Shown here: positions 8,771 to 18,179 of the stretch, in pieces
Position numbering within the stretch: the first letter of the stretch is position 1
Layout of the letters: every line of letters starts with the position of its first letter
NCBI GenBank assembly: GCA_963762565.1
Contig: CAVXLD010000001.1
Location: forward strand, 1,312,001-1,376,000
Direction: 5' to 3'
DNA from: an uncultured Verrucomicrobiae bacterium
Lineage (GTDB): Bacteria; Verrucomicrobiota; Verrucomicrobiia; Chthoniobacterales; JAFAMB01
Length of the DNA: 64,000 nt
The notes under the pieces: generated by a model
What the model saw: only the letters and a program-made list of their open reading frames with translations
Told to the model about the DNA's origin: nothing
The model's database searches: none
Translations under genes and position numbers: made by a program

Positions 8771-10072
8771 TTCGCAGTCCTGTAATCTTTTCTCCAGGAA
8801 TACCTTTTCGGACTTGAGATCGGTGAGTTTGATCGCCTGGCGAAAATGTTCGGCCGCTACTTCGAATTGGTTTAGGCGAAATTCGAATTCTCCGAGCACC
8901 GCATAAAGCAGATAATAGGAATCCAGTTGTCCGCTCTTTCGGATGGCTTCGATTGCCGCAATGCCTGCCTTGGGCCCGTTGACGTTGGCAACGGCAACAG
9001 CTCGGTTGAGTGCGATCACTGGCGAGTCATTAATCGTCACCCAATGATCATATAAGGTTAAAATCTTCCACCAGTCAGTCGACTTATAATCGGCGGCCGT
9101 GTCGTGGCAGGCTGCGATCCCTGCCTGGATATGATACTCGGTGATTTCGTCGCCGGCAGCGGCCAATCCTAATTGCAGGATTCCGTGCTCTATCATGTTC
9201 CGATTCCAGAGCGACCGATCCTGCTCTTTAAGACGCAGAATATTTCCCTCCGAATCTACCCGGGCACGGAGCCGAGCTCCATCCAGCAGCATTAGAGCAA
9301 TCAGCGCGTGAATTCGAGGTTGATTCGTCAGTGGATGTTCCGCGAGCAACGTCGCGAGACCAATTGCTTCAGAACAAAGATCCTCTCTAACCAGATTCTC
9401 ACCGCTCGATGCCTTGTACCCTTCATTAAAGAGCAGATACAAGGTCTGTAGGACACCGTCCAACCGACCAGACAGGTCTGAACCGGATGGAATCTCAAAC
9501 GCAATATGCAAATCGCGGATTCGCTGTCTGGCTCGAGTCAATCTTTTGGCGATCGCGGCCTCGGTGGTGAGAAAGGCGATCGCGATTTCGGTAGTACTGA
9601 ATCCGCAAAGAGTTTTAAGAGCTAATGCGGTTTGCGCTTCGGGTGGAAGCTCGGGATGGCAACAGGCAAACATCAACCGCAGACGTCCGTCTCTGATTTC
9701 AGTGTCGAAAATCGGAGAGTCGTCCCCAGCAGGATCCGAAGACCATTGATCGATGAAGGTAATAATCTCGGTTTGTTTATCCCGAAACGTCTTCTCCCGA
9801 CGAATCAAGTCCAAAGCCAGATGCTTTGCGGTCTGAGTGAGCCAGGCCGCTGGGTTGTCCGGGATTCCGTAGTAAGGCCACGTCTGCATGGCACGGACCA
9901 GCGCCTCCTGAACTACGTCCTCCGCTAGCTGCAACCGTTCGATCCCGAAGATACCGGTGAGAACCGAAACTAACTTTCCGGACTCGTGGCGAAAAAAATG
10001 TTCTGCCAACCGGGAAATCTCGCCGGTTGGAGTTTGCGGTTCATTGTTCGCCGTTCCTTGTTCACGGTTCAC
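8726..10072 (-). CDS. ECF sigma factor with C-terminal TPR-like extension (ECF42 type)
   Basis: AEDVVQEA, LRLMFACCHP, LYLLFNEGY, LNRAVAVA motifs; downstream of YciI genes; start uncertain because it lies in a repeat array. Confidence 0.92.
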   Translation of the reverse strand: MNREQGTANNEPQTPTGEISRLAEHFFRHESGKLVSVLTGIFGIERLQLAEDVVQEALVRAMQTWPYYGIPDNPAAWLTQTAKHLALDLIRREKTFRDKQTEIITFIDQWSSDPAGDDSPIFDTEIRDGRLRLMFACCHPELPPEAQTALALKTLCGFSTTEIAIAFLTTEAAIAKRLTRARQRIRDLHIAFEIPSGSDLSGRLDGVLQTLYLLFNEGYKASSGENLVREDLCSEAIGLATLLAEHPLTNQPRIHALIALMLLDGARLRARVDSEGNILRLKEQDRSLWNRNMIEHGILQLGLAAAGDEITEYHIQAGIAACHDTAADYKSTDWWKILTLYDHWVTINDSPVIALNRAVAVANVNGPKAGIAAIEAIRKSGQLDSYYLLYAVLGEFEFRLNQFEVAAEHFRQAIKLTDLKSEKVFLEKRLQDCEGRDRVLAIRGGRSD

Positions 10073-10186
10073 TGTTGTCGTCCTTCTGTTTTAGCCCGCG
10101 TTTGGGTTCTATGCCTCGTCGCTGTCGTCCATAAGCGGCATACGCGAGAACCGCGAACGATGAACCGTGAACCGTGAACGGCGAAC
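10032..10186. repeat. Inverted pair of heptamer arrays (GTTCNNN x6 / NNNGAAC x6)
   Basis: GTTTGCG GTTCATT GTTCGCC GTTCCTT GTTCACG GTTCACT ... CGAGAAC CGCGAAC GATGAAC CGTGAAC CGTGAAC GGCGAAC. Confidence 0.85.
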
Positions 10187-10189
10187 ATT

Positions 10190-10567
10190 TCAAATCGGTC
10201 CGCGGCCCATATCTTCACTGATCGGTCTTATCTCGACGCTCATTCCGCAATCTAACCCTGGGCACTCCTTCGCGATTTCCGTCGCTTCGTCCAGGTCGAC
10301 CACGCGTAGGAGGATATATCCTGCGACTGCTTCTTTGGATTCCGTGAACGGTCCGTCCACTACCATTAGTCCCTGTTTTCCGGCAACGATCTTGCCGTCA
10401 TTAACTAGCGGTTGGCCGAGCTTCGCCTTTCCGTCAGCGGTCAATCGATCGAACCAGACGGTCCACCGGCTCAGGGTTTGCTGAATTTCCTCTGATGAAA
10501 GGCCTCTGTCCCAATCGGTTCCCCGGAACAACAATATAAACGGAGAAGTGGCGGTGTCAGTGCTCAT
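10190..10567 (-). CDS. YciI/DGPF-family protein
   Basis: DGPFTESKEAVAGY motif; VEIRPI end. Confidence 0.92.
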   Translation of the reverse strand: MSTDTATSPFILLFRGTDWDRGLSSEEIQQTLSRWTVWFDRLTADGKAKLGQPLVNDGKIVAGKQGLMVVDGPFTESKEAVAGYILLRVVDLDEATEIAKECPGLDCGMSVEIRPISEDMGRGPI

Positions 10568-10593
10568 GGCAAGTTCTGCGCCTACTAGCAGGT

Positions 10594-10989
10594 CTAGTTA
10601 GTTGCAGCCGCTAAGCCAATCCGGTCCATCGCTGAACACTGCTCGATGACCGGGCGCACCTCCACAACCAGACCATACTTGAGGGCCGGACATTCCTTGG
10701 CGATCTCCACGGCTTCCTCCTCACTCGCTAGCAGCAGGAAGTAGCCACCGATTGCTTCTTTTGATTCCGCGAATGGACCGTCAACCACTGCCCCCTGTTT
10801 CCAGGTGATAATCTTGCCTTGATTAGCCAGCGGTTGAGCTGATCTGATTTTGCCTTCTTGAGTCAACCGGTTGAGCCAACTCGTCCATCGAGTCATGACC
10901 TGTTGGACCTCCTCCGGCGATAGACCGCGATCCCATCGGGTCCCTTTGAATAAGAGCATGTATTCAGAGCTAGTAGTGGACGTGTTCAT
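10594..10989 (-). CDS. YciI/DGPF-family protein (tandem paralog)
   Basis: DGPFAESKEAIGGY motif. Confidence 0.92.
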   Translation of the reverse strand: MNTSTTSSEYMLLFKGTRWDRGLSPEEVQQVMTRWTSWLNRLTQEGKIRSAQPLANQGKIITWKQGAVVDGPFAESKEAIGGYFLLLASEEEAVEIAKECPALKYGLVVEVRPVIEQCSAMDRIGLAAATN

Positions 10990-11138
10990 ATTTGATTTGG
11001 TTCAGTTTGTCGCACGTCGTCCAGGAGTTCCAGTGCAACCTCCAACTCGCGGCGTTTTCTGGCTTCGCGACGGACCACAACTGCGAAAAACTGGGCCCAA
11101 AACTCGCGTTGTTCGTCTGGGGAAAGGTCTTCGTTCAT
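10986..11138 (-). CDS. 50-aa hypothetical protein
   Basis: MNEDLSPDEQREFWAQFF...; ATGA overlaps with both neighbouring genes. Confidence 0.6.
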   Translation of the reverse strand: MNEDLSPDEQREFWAQFFAVVVRREARKRRELEVALELLDDVRQTEPNQI

Positions 11139-11521
11139 GGGTGCCTCTTCAGCGCAATTCGGGTAACAACGTAAACGACGGATTTCGTCCCTAAATAAAA
11201 GAGAGAAACGACGCACAAAACGATGATTGCCAATCGCAGTTGGGCGAATCTCGAGAGTGAAAACCCTACGCTTGTTCCAATCACCGCGTAGCCGGCTACA
11301 CAAGCCGGACACTTCGGTATCAGAGCCAGAATCGCGGTGGGAACGATCCACCCGACGAAGTTGAGAAAACGGTTCACGAAGTGAGATCGTTCCGCACTCG
11401 GCATGGACCCATTGCCCGTTGGCGAATCATCTTCGGCGTCAGGTTCCGACTCCAGAAAACCGGAATCGCTATCCCGTCCGGGTTCTACGTCCGGACGAAT
11501 TCCGCAGTTACAAGGTCTCAT
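11135..11521 (-). CDS. Membrane protein with PKCPAC motif
   Basis: LALIPKCPACVAGY plus hydrophobic segments; start overlaps the DUF899 gene end. Confidence 0.7.
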   Translation of the reverse strand: MRPCNCGIRPDVEPGRDSDSGFLESEPDAEDDSPTGNGSMPSAERSHFVNRFLNFVGWIVPTAILALIPKCPACVAGYAVIGTSVGFSLSRFAQLRLAIIVLCVVSLFYLGTKSVVYVVTRIALKRHP

Positions 11522-12293
11522 GGCCGTTTGTTCCCGCTCCTTGATCCTCATACCGGTCATGATGCCGGACCCAATCCATCAGATTGTGTGCCGGTCCATT
11601 CTCGTTGCGACCCTTTGGCAAGTGATCGAGATAGCCGTACACGCCTCCCACTAACTCACTGCCGCGGGCGTAGGCGGAATAGGTGTGGAAGATCTTACCG
11701 GCCGGGTTTCGATAAAACATACTGGTGCCCGGCAACTCATCTATGGCGAAGTCCTGGGTTTTGTAATTGTAATAGGCCTTGCCTCGGGCGATTTCGTCCT
11801 GGGTGAAGGACACATGATAATCGAAGTTAAAATCACTTCCGTACGACGAAACCCACTTGAAGGCCCATCCCATCCGTTTCTTAAATGCCTCGATCTTAGT
11901 TAACGGTGCACGAGAAACGACGACGAATGCGACATCGTGATGCTCCAGATGTACTACGATCCCATCGTAGTGATCGGCTCCGAAGGAACAACCCACACAG
12001 CCTTGTTCCCAGTCGGGACCCAGCATGAAGTGAACCACGATTAGTTGGCTCTTATCGCAGAACAAATCTGCCAGCGTCTGTTTCCCCGTGACTGTGTCGA
12101 AAAGGTAAGCCTTTTCGACCTTAACCCATGGCAGAGCGCGGCACTCTGCAAAAAGCCGGTCTTTTCGTCGAGTGAGGTCTTTTTCCTTTTCCAGCAAGGT
12201 CTTACGAGCTTCTAGCCACTGCTCTCGGGAAACCACGGGGTGAATGGAGAGATCTTCCGCCGATTCGAGTATCTGTGCTTCTATCGTCGTCAT
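11508..12293 (-). CDS. DUF899-family thioredoxin-like protein
   Basis: VVSREQWLEARKTLL..EK, LPWVKVEK.Y, GCVGCSF, HTYSAYARG, PKGRNE. Confidence 0.92.
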   Translation of the reverse strand: MTTIEAQILESAEDLSIHPVVSREQWLEARKTLLEKEKDLTRRKDRLFAECRALPWVKVEKAYLFDTVTGKQTLADLFCDKSQLIVVHFMLGPDWEQGCVGCSFGADHYDGIVVHLEHHDVAFVVVSRAPLTKIEAFKKRMGWAFKWVSSYGSDFNFDYHVSFTQDEIARGKAYYNYKTQDFAIDELPGTSMFYRNPAGKIFHTYSAYARGSELVGGVYGYLDHLPKGRNENGPAHNLMDWVRHHDRYEDQGAGTNGHETL

Positions 12294-12436
12294 ATCGTTG
12301 TTCTTTGATTCCTGGCGTTTGTTGAATGGTTTCGTTTTGGATTTCAAAGAAACGACGAATCAGAACTGTCGTTTTGGACAGGCTGGTCGATTTTTTTGGG
12401 CTGAATCTGGACGATTCCGGCGGTCATCCGCCGAAG

Positions 12437-12653
12437 GCCTGGAGGGGAGCCGCTTCGCAACGCGGCAGTTCTACCGAATGGCAGCAGGCGGCTCCCGAGC
12501 ACGGCCTCAGAGCTAGGCAGTTCTATAGCGGCTTTGCAAGTCGGTGCCTATTCCAGGCGCGTCATCCTGCATGGCAAACGCTGGGTAGTTCCCGGGAGCC
12601 GCCTGTTGCCATCCGATAGAGCTACCACCCTACAAAGCGGCTCCCCTCCAGGC
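12437..12653. repeat. Expanded-loop REP doublet family D, copy 1
   Basis: 57-nt arms GGAGGGGAGCCGCTT..GGCGGCTCCCG at 12441-12497 and inverted at 12593-12649. Confidence 0.88.
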
Positions 12654-12720
12654 GCTGGGCGTGCGACACCGCAGTGTTATCAGGAGGACGGGAACGATTC
12701 ACCTGGAGCGCTGTTTTGCT

Positions 12721-12760
12721 CGTTCCCGGCATTGTCGGCGTTCCCGGCGCTGTCGGCGTT
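12721..12760. repeat. 9-bp tandem array (AACGCCGAC/AGCGCCGGG on minus strand)
   Basis: CGTTCCCGGCATTGTCGGCGTTCCCGGCGCTGTCGGCGTT; related array at 25320-25355. Confidence 0.6.
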
Positions 12761-12762
12761 GT

Positions 12763-13371
12763 TCAACCCGCCTGAGCCCGCAAAATCTGGATCAGAAGCC
12801 GTAAACGTTCGGCGACATCCTGTGATTCCAGGAGTTTTTGTCGTGGCGCCGACTCATTAACAAAAGCAGCTCCTACCACGTCAGCCAGGACTTCCGGGTT
12901 ATCGATCTGATGCATCTGCTCCAGCAGATTCGCCGGCAACGGCAGCCCAAGTTGTTGAATCCGCACACAGAGTTCCTTGACTTTCTCGCTTAAAGCATCT
13001 GTTTCAACCGCGTTCCCGATTCGAGATTCGATTAGTTCGATCTCAGCGATCCGAAAGGGTTCCTCTTGGGTCCAATCCAGGATTTTAACCCGGGCCAAGC
13101 CTTGTAGAACCAGATTGGAAGTACCGTTCTCATTACCAACGCAAGCGCGGATTAACCCTACCCCGGCAACTGAACGCAAGTCTTCAACTCCTTTAGGTTC
13201 ACGTATACCTGCTTTTGCTGACGCAACAGAGAACATTCGCTCTCCAGTCAGGCAATGGCTTAACATCTGTCGATATCGGTTCTCAAAAATATGGAGCGGA
13301 AGCAGCGAATGCGGGAATAGCACCACATTCGGGAGCACCATTATAGGAACTTCGCGTGGGATACGAATCAC
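12763..13371 (-). CDS. Lon protease N-terminal substrate-binding domain protein (stand-alone)
   Basis: VLFPHSLLPLHIFENRYRQM motif; no AAA or protease domain. Confidence 0.9.
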   Translation of the reverse strand: MIRIPREVPIMVLPNVVLFPHSLLPLHIFENRYRQMLSHCLTGERMFSVASAKAGIREPKGVEDLRSVAGVGLIRACVGNENGTSNLVLQGLARVKILDWTQEEPFRIAEIELIESRIGNAVETDALSEKVKELCVRIQQLGLPLPANLLEQMHQIDNPEVLADVVGAAFVNESAPRQKLLESQDVAERLRLLIQILRAQAG

Positions 13372-13375
13372 GAGA

Positions 13376-14593
13376 TCAAGTCAGGCGAGGTAACCGTCGA
13401 GTGAGTTGATCAACATCCTTGTCTCCCCGGCCCGACAGATTGACCACTACGATTTGGTTTTCAGGCATTTCGTGAGCGTGCTTCACGACGTAAGCCAGCG
13501 CATGCGTCGATTCTAGAGCAGGCAAGATGCCTTCGGTCTTGGCCACGAGTTGGAACGCCTCTAGCACCTCATCGTCCGAGGCAAAATCGTAATGGACGCG
13601 GCCGATATCGTGTAGATAACTGTGCTCGGGCCCTACCGCAGCATAGTCAAGACCCGCCGAAATTGAATGGGTCAGCTGGATCTGGCCATCTTCATCGGAG
13701 AGCAAGTAGGTCTTAGTGCCTTGTAGCACGCCTAACCGCCCACCCTGAAACCGAGCTGCATGTTGCCCGGGTAAAATTCCCGTTCCGCCTGCCTCTACAC
13801 CGACCATAGCGACGTTTTCATCCTTCAGAAATGCATAGAACAAACCGATCGCGTTACTGCCTCCACCAACACAGGCCACCAGTAGGTCCGGAAGCTTTTC
13901 TTCAACTGCAAGAATTTGCCGGCGCGTTTCGTCCCCGATCACTCGATGGAAATCCCGTACCATCATCGGATAGGGATGTGGTCCGTAAACAGTGCCTAAG
14001 AGATAGTGGGTTGTGCGCACATTTGTCACCCAATCGCGCATCGCTTCGTTGATCGCCTCTTTTAAAGTGGCCTGTCCGACCGTAACCGGAACGACTTTGG
14101 CTCCCAGAAATTCCATCCGCGCCACATTCAACGCCTGGCGTTTCATGTCGGTCTCCCCCATGTAAACGACGCATTCCAGGCCGAATCGGGCAGCAACGGT
14201 GGCGGTGGCTACCCCATGTTGGCCGGCGCCGGTTTCGGCGATAAGTCTTTTTTTGCCCATTCTCACCGCCAATAGGGCTTGCCCAACAGCGTTATTGATT
14301 TTGTGCGCTCCGGTATGAAGCAAATCTTCGCGCTTAAAATAGATACGTGGCCCACCCAGCTTTTGGGTCAATCGCTCTGCGAAATAAAGTGGAGTAGGCC
14401 GGCCACAGAAAGTGCGTAGCAGCTCTTCCAATTGCCACCGAAATTGTGGATCTTTCTTTGCCCGCGCATATTCTTCTCGAAGTTGTTCAATCGCAGGCAT
14501 CAAGGTTTCTGGCACAAAAACGCCGCCGAAAACTCCGAAGCGTCCCCGCTCATCCGGCAGTTGGCTGAAATTAATCTGTACGTTCGGTTGCAT
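13376..14593 (-). CDS. trpB: Tryptophan synthase beta chain
   Basis: [49 protein letters not shown]. Confidence 0.98.
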   Translation of the reverse strand: MQPNVQINFSQLPDERGRFGVFGGVFVPETLMPAIEQLREEYARAKKDPQFRWQLEELLRTFCGRPTPLYFAERLTQKLGGPRIYFKREDLLHTGAHKINNAVGQALLAVRMGKKRLIAETGAGQHGVATATVAARFGLECVVYMGETDMKRQALNVARMEFLGAKVVPVTVGQATLKEAINEAMRDWVTNVRTTHYLLGTVYGPHPYPMMVRDFHRVIGDETRRQILAVEEKLPDLLVACVGGGSNAIGLFYAFLKDENVAMVGVEAGGTGILPGQHAARFQGGRLGVLQGTKTYLLSDEDGQIQLTHSISAGLDYAAVGPEHSYLHDIGRVHYDFASDDEVLEAFQLVAKTEGILPALESTHALAYVVKHAHEMPENQIVVVNLSGRGDKDVDQLTRRLPRLT

Positions 14594-14658
14594 GTCGCGG
14601 AATGCAGCGACGCACGCTTAAGGGCGGGAATCAAGTGCGAAAGGGTGGAGGGCGGTGG

Positions 14659-15023
14659 GGCGAGACGGCGAAAGGGCGAAGGGGCGAAGGGGCGACCGAG
14701 GCCCAGCCTTGGTGGGGCGAGGCTCCGGAACAGACGCAAAGATTGCCGAAGGCGCCTCACGTTGCCCGCATTGCCACGGATTAGGGCCTAAGCGCTGCCG
14801 AGCCGATCCCACGTTGGGCCACCCCTAAGAAACCAAGCGACCAACTCGAACCCTATTCCGGCTGCTTACCGCTGGGTCGGCTCGGCAGCGAGTCGATCTT
14901 GCTCCCGATGTCGTCCATTCCCACCAGATGCTTCGCGAATACAATCGGCCGTTCCGGAGCCTCGCCCTACCAGCGCTGGGCTTGGGTCGCCCCTTCGCCC
15001 TTTCGCCCATTCGCCGTTTCGCC
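14659..15023. repeat. Split-REP family B, copy 2 (14711-14971), wrapped by inverted 8-bp GGCGAAGG arrays
   Basis: Outer IR 14711-14726 / 14956-14971; inner IR 14794-14805 / 14878-14889; octamer arrays 14659-14697 and 14985-15023. Confidence 0.88.
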
Positions 15024-16013
15024 TTCCGCGAGCAACGCATCCAGACTCTTCCGATGCGGTGTCGGCATAGGAAGACCGGCAAGATCTTTGATCGGGTGAT
15101 AACAGTTATCAGGCGCTAACACGACTGGGGCCGGTCCAGAGAAAACCTGCAGGTGAATGAGGAATCGGGTTACCGAGTGCCGCATCTGAAAGACCGGGAT
15201 TTCGTCGCTTTCCACCTCATCGGCCAACGGCAATGTCCACATCCCTTTCCATCGGGGACCGGCACATTTTCTAAGCAGGACATGATCTCCACGACGAATC
15301 CACCTATAGTTTTCTTGCCTAGGCACTACTTCGGCCTTGGCGCTCTTGCGAGGAATTCTCTCTGGACTCTGAGCCCGGCAATGCGTCCGAACCGGGCAAC
15401 TTTCACAGGCTGGAGCCCGCGAAGTACAGATCAGTGCTCCTAGCTCCATCAGCGCCGAGTTGAATGTCCCGGGTTCCGGACCCGTAACCAACCGCTCGGC
15501 CAGTTCCCAGAGAGTGCTTTTGCCGGGTTCGCGGTCGATAGGGATGACAAGGTCGATCAGACGAGCCAAAACCCGGCTTACATTCCCATCCAGGATAGGA
15601 GCCGGCAGATTAAAAGCGAAACTGGCAACTGCGCCCGCCGTGTAACGGCCGATACCCGGCAATTTCAGGAGAGCATTTACATTACGAGGCAGTTCGCCGC
15701 CGCAGTGCTCCACAACCCAGCGAGCGCACTTGTGCAGGTGCCGGGCACGGGAATAGTATCCCAGTCCTTGCCATGCACGAAGCACATCGGTTTCGTCAGC
15801 ATGCGCCAGTGACTCCAGAGTTGGAAACAATTCAAACCAGCGATCGTAGTACGGAAGGACTGTAACCACCTGGGTCTGCTGCAGCATCATTTCTGACACC
15901 AGAATTCGATAGGGGTCTGTGGTCGTTCTCCACGGGAGGCGCCTGCCATTAAGCCGATACCAAGCTATCAAGGACGCCCGAAACCGCGTGCTTTGCAGCT
16001 CAACCTGATTCAT
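14967..16013 (-). CDS. mutY: A/G-specific adenine glycosylase
   Basis: LPWR..DPY.ILVSEMMLQQTQV, WQGLGYYSRAR, LPGIGRYTAGA, C-x6-C-x2-C-x5-C Fe-S motif. Confidence 0.96.
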   Translation of the reverse strand: MNQVELQSTRFRASLIAWYRLNGRRLPWRTTTDPYRILVSEMMLQQTQVVTVLPYYDRWFELFPTLESLAHADETDVLRAWQGLGYYSRARHLHKCARWVVEHCGGELPRNVNALLKLPGIGRYTAGAVASFAFNLPAPILDGNVSRVLARLIDLVIPIDREPGKSTLWELAERLVTGPEPGTFNSALMELGALICTSRAPACESCPVRTHCRAQSPERIPRKSAKAEVVPRQENYRWIRRGDHVLLRKCAGPRWKGMWTLPLADEVESDEIPVFQMRHSVTRFLIHLQVFSGPAPVVLAPDNCYHPIKDLAGLPMPTPHRKSLDALLAEGETANGRKGEGATQAQRW

Positions 16014-16022
16014 GCTCAGCGG

Positions 16023-16934
16023 GTGACTTCGTTCACGTTACCTTTAAGCGCCACCCAAGCCGAGAAACTAAGAGAGCTATTGGCAGAGCAAGGCTTTGAG
16101 TTCATCAGCCGCCCATACATGCTCTTTTTCGCCAGCAAAGGCAAACTCTCCATCGCGGTGTACGAAAAGGGCCCGAAGGTTGTCGTTCAAGGAAAAGGAA
16201 CCGAGGATTTCGTTAAATTCGAGCTCGAGCCGAAGATCACAGGAGAGGCCCGGCTTGGGTACGAAGAGGTTTTGCAGCCTGCGATGTTCGAGCCCCACTT
16301 CGGGATCGACGAAAGCGGAAAAGGCGATTTCTTCGGTCCGTTGGTGATTGCCGGCGTCTTTGTTGATCGGTCGATCGCGCGGCAGCTACTTGATGCGGGA
16401 GTTATGGACAGCAAACGGATCTCGTCGGACCAAAGGATCATGCAGCTGGCCGAACTGATCCGCAGCACTCCTGTTATCAGCACTAACGTAGTCTTGATTG
16501 GCCCCGAAAAATACAACGAATTGTATGAGCGTTTTAACAATTTGAACGATCTGCTTGGCTGGGGTCATGCCAGGGTGATTGAAAACCTTTTAGGGGAACG
16601 ACCGGACTGCCCGCGGGCGCTATCTGATAAATTTGCGAACGAGCGTGTAGTTCAGCGCGCTTTGTTGTCCGCCGGGAGCAAGATCAACGTGGAACAACGT
16701 ACTAAGGCGGAGTCTGATATTGCGGTCGCGGGGGCTTCCATTCTGGCTAGGGAAAAGTTCGTCCGCTGGTTAGACCGGAAAGGTAAAGACCTCGGGATCA
16801 CTCTGCCAAAGGGAGTCTCTGCCGGGGTCAAAGCCGCTGCCAGAGCGATTGTGGCCAAACACGGAGAGGAAACTTTGCGCCAAGTCGCGAAGATGCATTT
16901 CCGGACTGCTGGGGAGGTGATTTCCACGCCGTGA
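16023..16934 (+). CDS. rnhC: Ribonuclease HIII
   Basis: N-terminal TBP-like domain; GIDESGKGDFFGPL, DSK, AGASILARE, KMHFRT; GTG start at 16023 chosen. Confidence 0.93.
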   Translation: MTSFTLPLSATQAEKLRELLAEQGFEFISRPYMLFFASKGKLSIAVYEKGPKVVVQGKGTEDFVKFELEPKITGEARLGYEEVLQPAMFEPHFGIDESGKGDFFGPLVIAGVFVDRSIARQLLDAGVMDSKRISSDQRIMQLAELIRSTPVISTNVVLIGPEKYNELYERFNNLNDLLGWGHARVIENLLGERPDCPRALSDKFANERVVQRALLSAGSKINVEQRTKAESDIAVAGASILAREKFVRWLDRKGKDLGITLPKGVSAGVKAAARAIVAKHGEETLRQVAKMHFRTAGEVISTP

Positions 16935-17229
16935 AACCGGAGCGGTACAAAGTGCCCTACTTCCGACCTCGTGAAAGGCAAGACTCGTGCCAGATCGTCG
17001 CTGATTGCCCACCGCAAACCGCGTCGGTCCCCTTAAATACAAGGGTTTCCAGCGTCTTTGAGTTCTCCAAATCATAGGGATGAAATGCGATAATCCCTTG
17101 CCTCACCCCCGTTCTTGTAGCTACTTTGACTTAATTCAGTCCCGAAGTTAACGGAGTTGAGCCTCCGGGACTGACGGTTGCTAGGCGACCGCTAATGCCA
17201 GGATAGACGAACGATCGAAAGGAGTTCAA

Positions 17230-17565
17230 ATGCCAAACCTAACGAAGCGGGAGATCGTTGTAAGAATCAGTAACGATACAGGCTTAGTCCAACATCAGGT
17301 CTTCGACGTCGTCCAACGGACGCTAGACCTGATCACAGACAGCCTGGCCCGAGGCGAGGATGTAGAGTTAAGAAACTTCGGTATATTCGAAGTACGACTG
17401 ACGAAGGAGCGGGTTGGAAGAAACCCGAATCAGCCAGGAAGTAGCTTCAAGATCCCCCCTCGTGCGACGGTCAAGTTTAAAGCGGGAAAAGTAATGCGGC
17501 AGAAAGTCGCTAAATTGTCACCCGCTCTTCGCCAGGCCGAAGCCTTGAAGGGTGCACCCGTGTAG
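17230..17565 (+). CDS. HU/IHF-family DNA-binding protein
   Basis: LTKREIV, VELRNFGIFEV, GRNPN, VKFKAGK; GGAG RBS. Confidence 0.95.
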   Translation: MPNLTKREIVVRISNDTGLVQHQVFDVVQRTLDLITDSLARGEDVELRNFGIFEVRLTKERVGRNPNQPGSSFKIPPRATVKFKAGKVMRQKVAKLSPALRQAEALKGAPV

Positions 17566-17625
17566 CCACGTCAGGTTTACCTGATAAAGTGGCTCGCTCC
17601 TGTAGCTGAAGGCCCCCCGCCCTCT

Positions 17626-18042
17626 TTAGCTATCCTGGCCGGAGCTGTTGCAAGCGTCCCACTGCTTAAGCAGGGTTTCTATAGCTGGTGACACGGTTGG
17701 CTGCTTTTCGGGGCGTAGATGGAACTGAGATAGACTTCGGTCAACCCGCGGTTTCTTGCTTCTTCCCTTTTTTTCGCGAAGCTGCTCGGCTTTCATTTCA
17801 TGACGAGTCTTATTCTGGGCCTGAGCTTCTAACTCTTCCACCAACAAGCGCCGGGCAAAGAATCGATTCAAAGCCTGGCTTCTCTCCCGGTTGCAGCGCA
17901 CCCTGATACCAGTCGGCCGATGGAGGATTGTGATAGAGGTTCCGCGGAAACTCTCTTCGAGGTCCCTTTCGTGGCAACCCAAGGCATCCATCTTGCTCTG
18001 CAACGCCCTGGCTTTTCGTTCTGAGACGGGAAAAACAATCAC
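17626..18042 (-). CDS. RF-1-domain (ArfB-like) protein lacking the GGQ loop
   Basis: DLEESF, LHRPTGIRVRC..ERSQALNR.FARRLL match the release-factor-like domain; no GGQ present. Confidence 0.8.
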   Translation of the reverse strand: MIVFPVSERKARALQSKMDALGCHERDLEESFRGTSITILHRPTGIRVRCNRERSQALNRFFARRLLVEELEAQAQNKTRHEMKAEQLREKKGRSKKPRVDRSLSQFHLRPEKQPTVSPAIETLLKQWDACNSSGQDS

Positions 18043-18179
18043 CAGCTAATCCCTTACCCTGAGCGCGACCATACAAATAGCAAGTTAGATTGAGAGTATA
18101 AGTTGAGACCTTTCCGTATCAATATCGTTAAAATCCTGTGATGGTGTTTGCGCCATTCTAGACTAAGATTAACGCCGCC

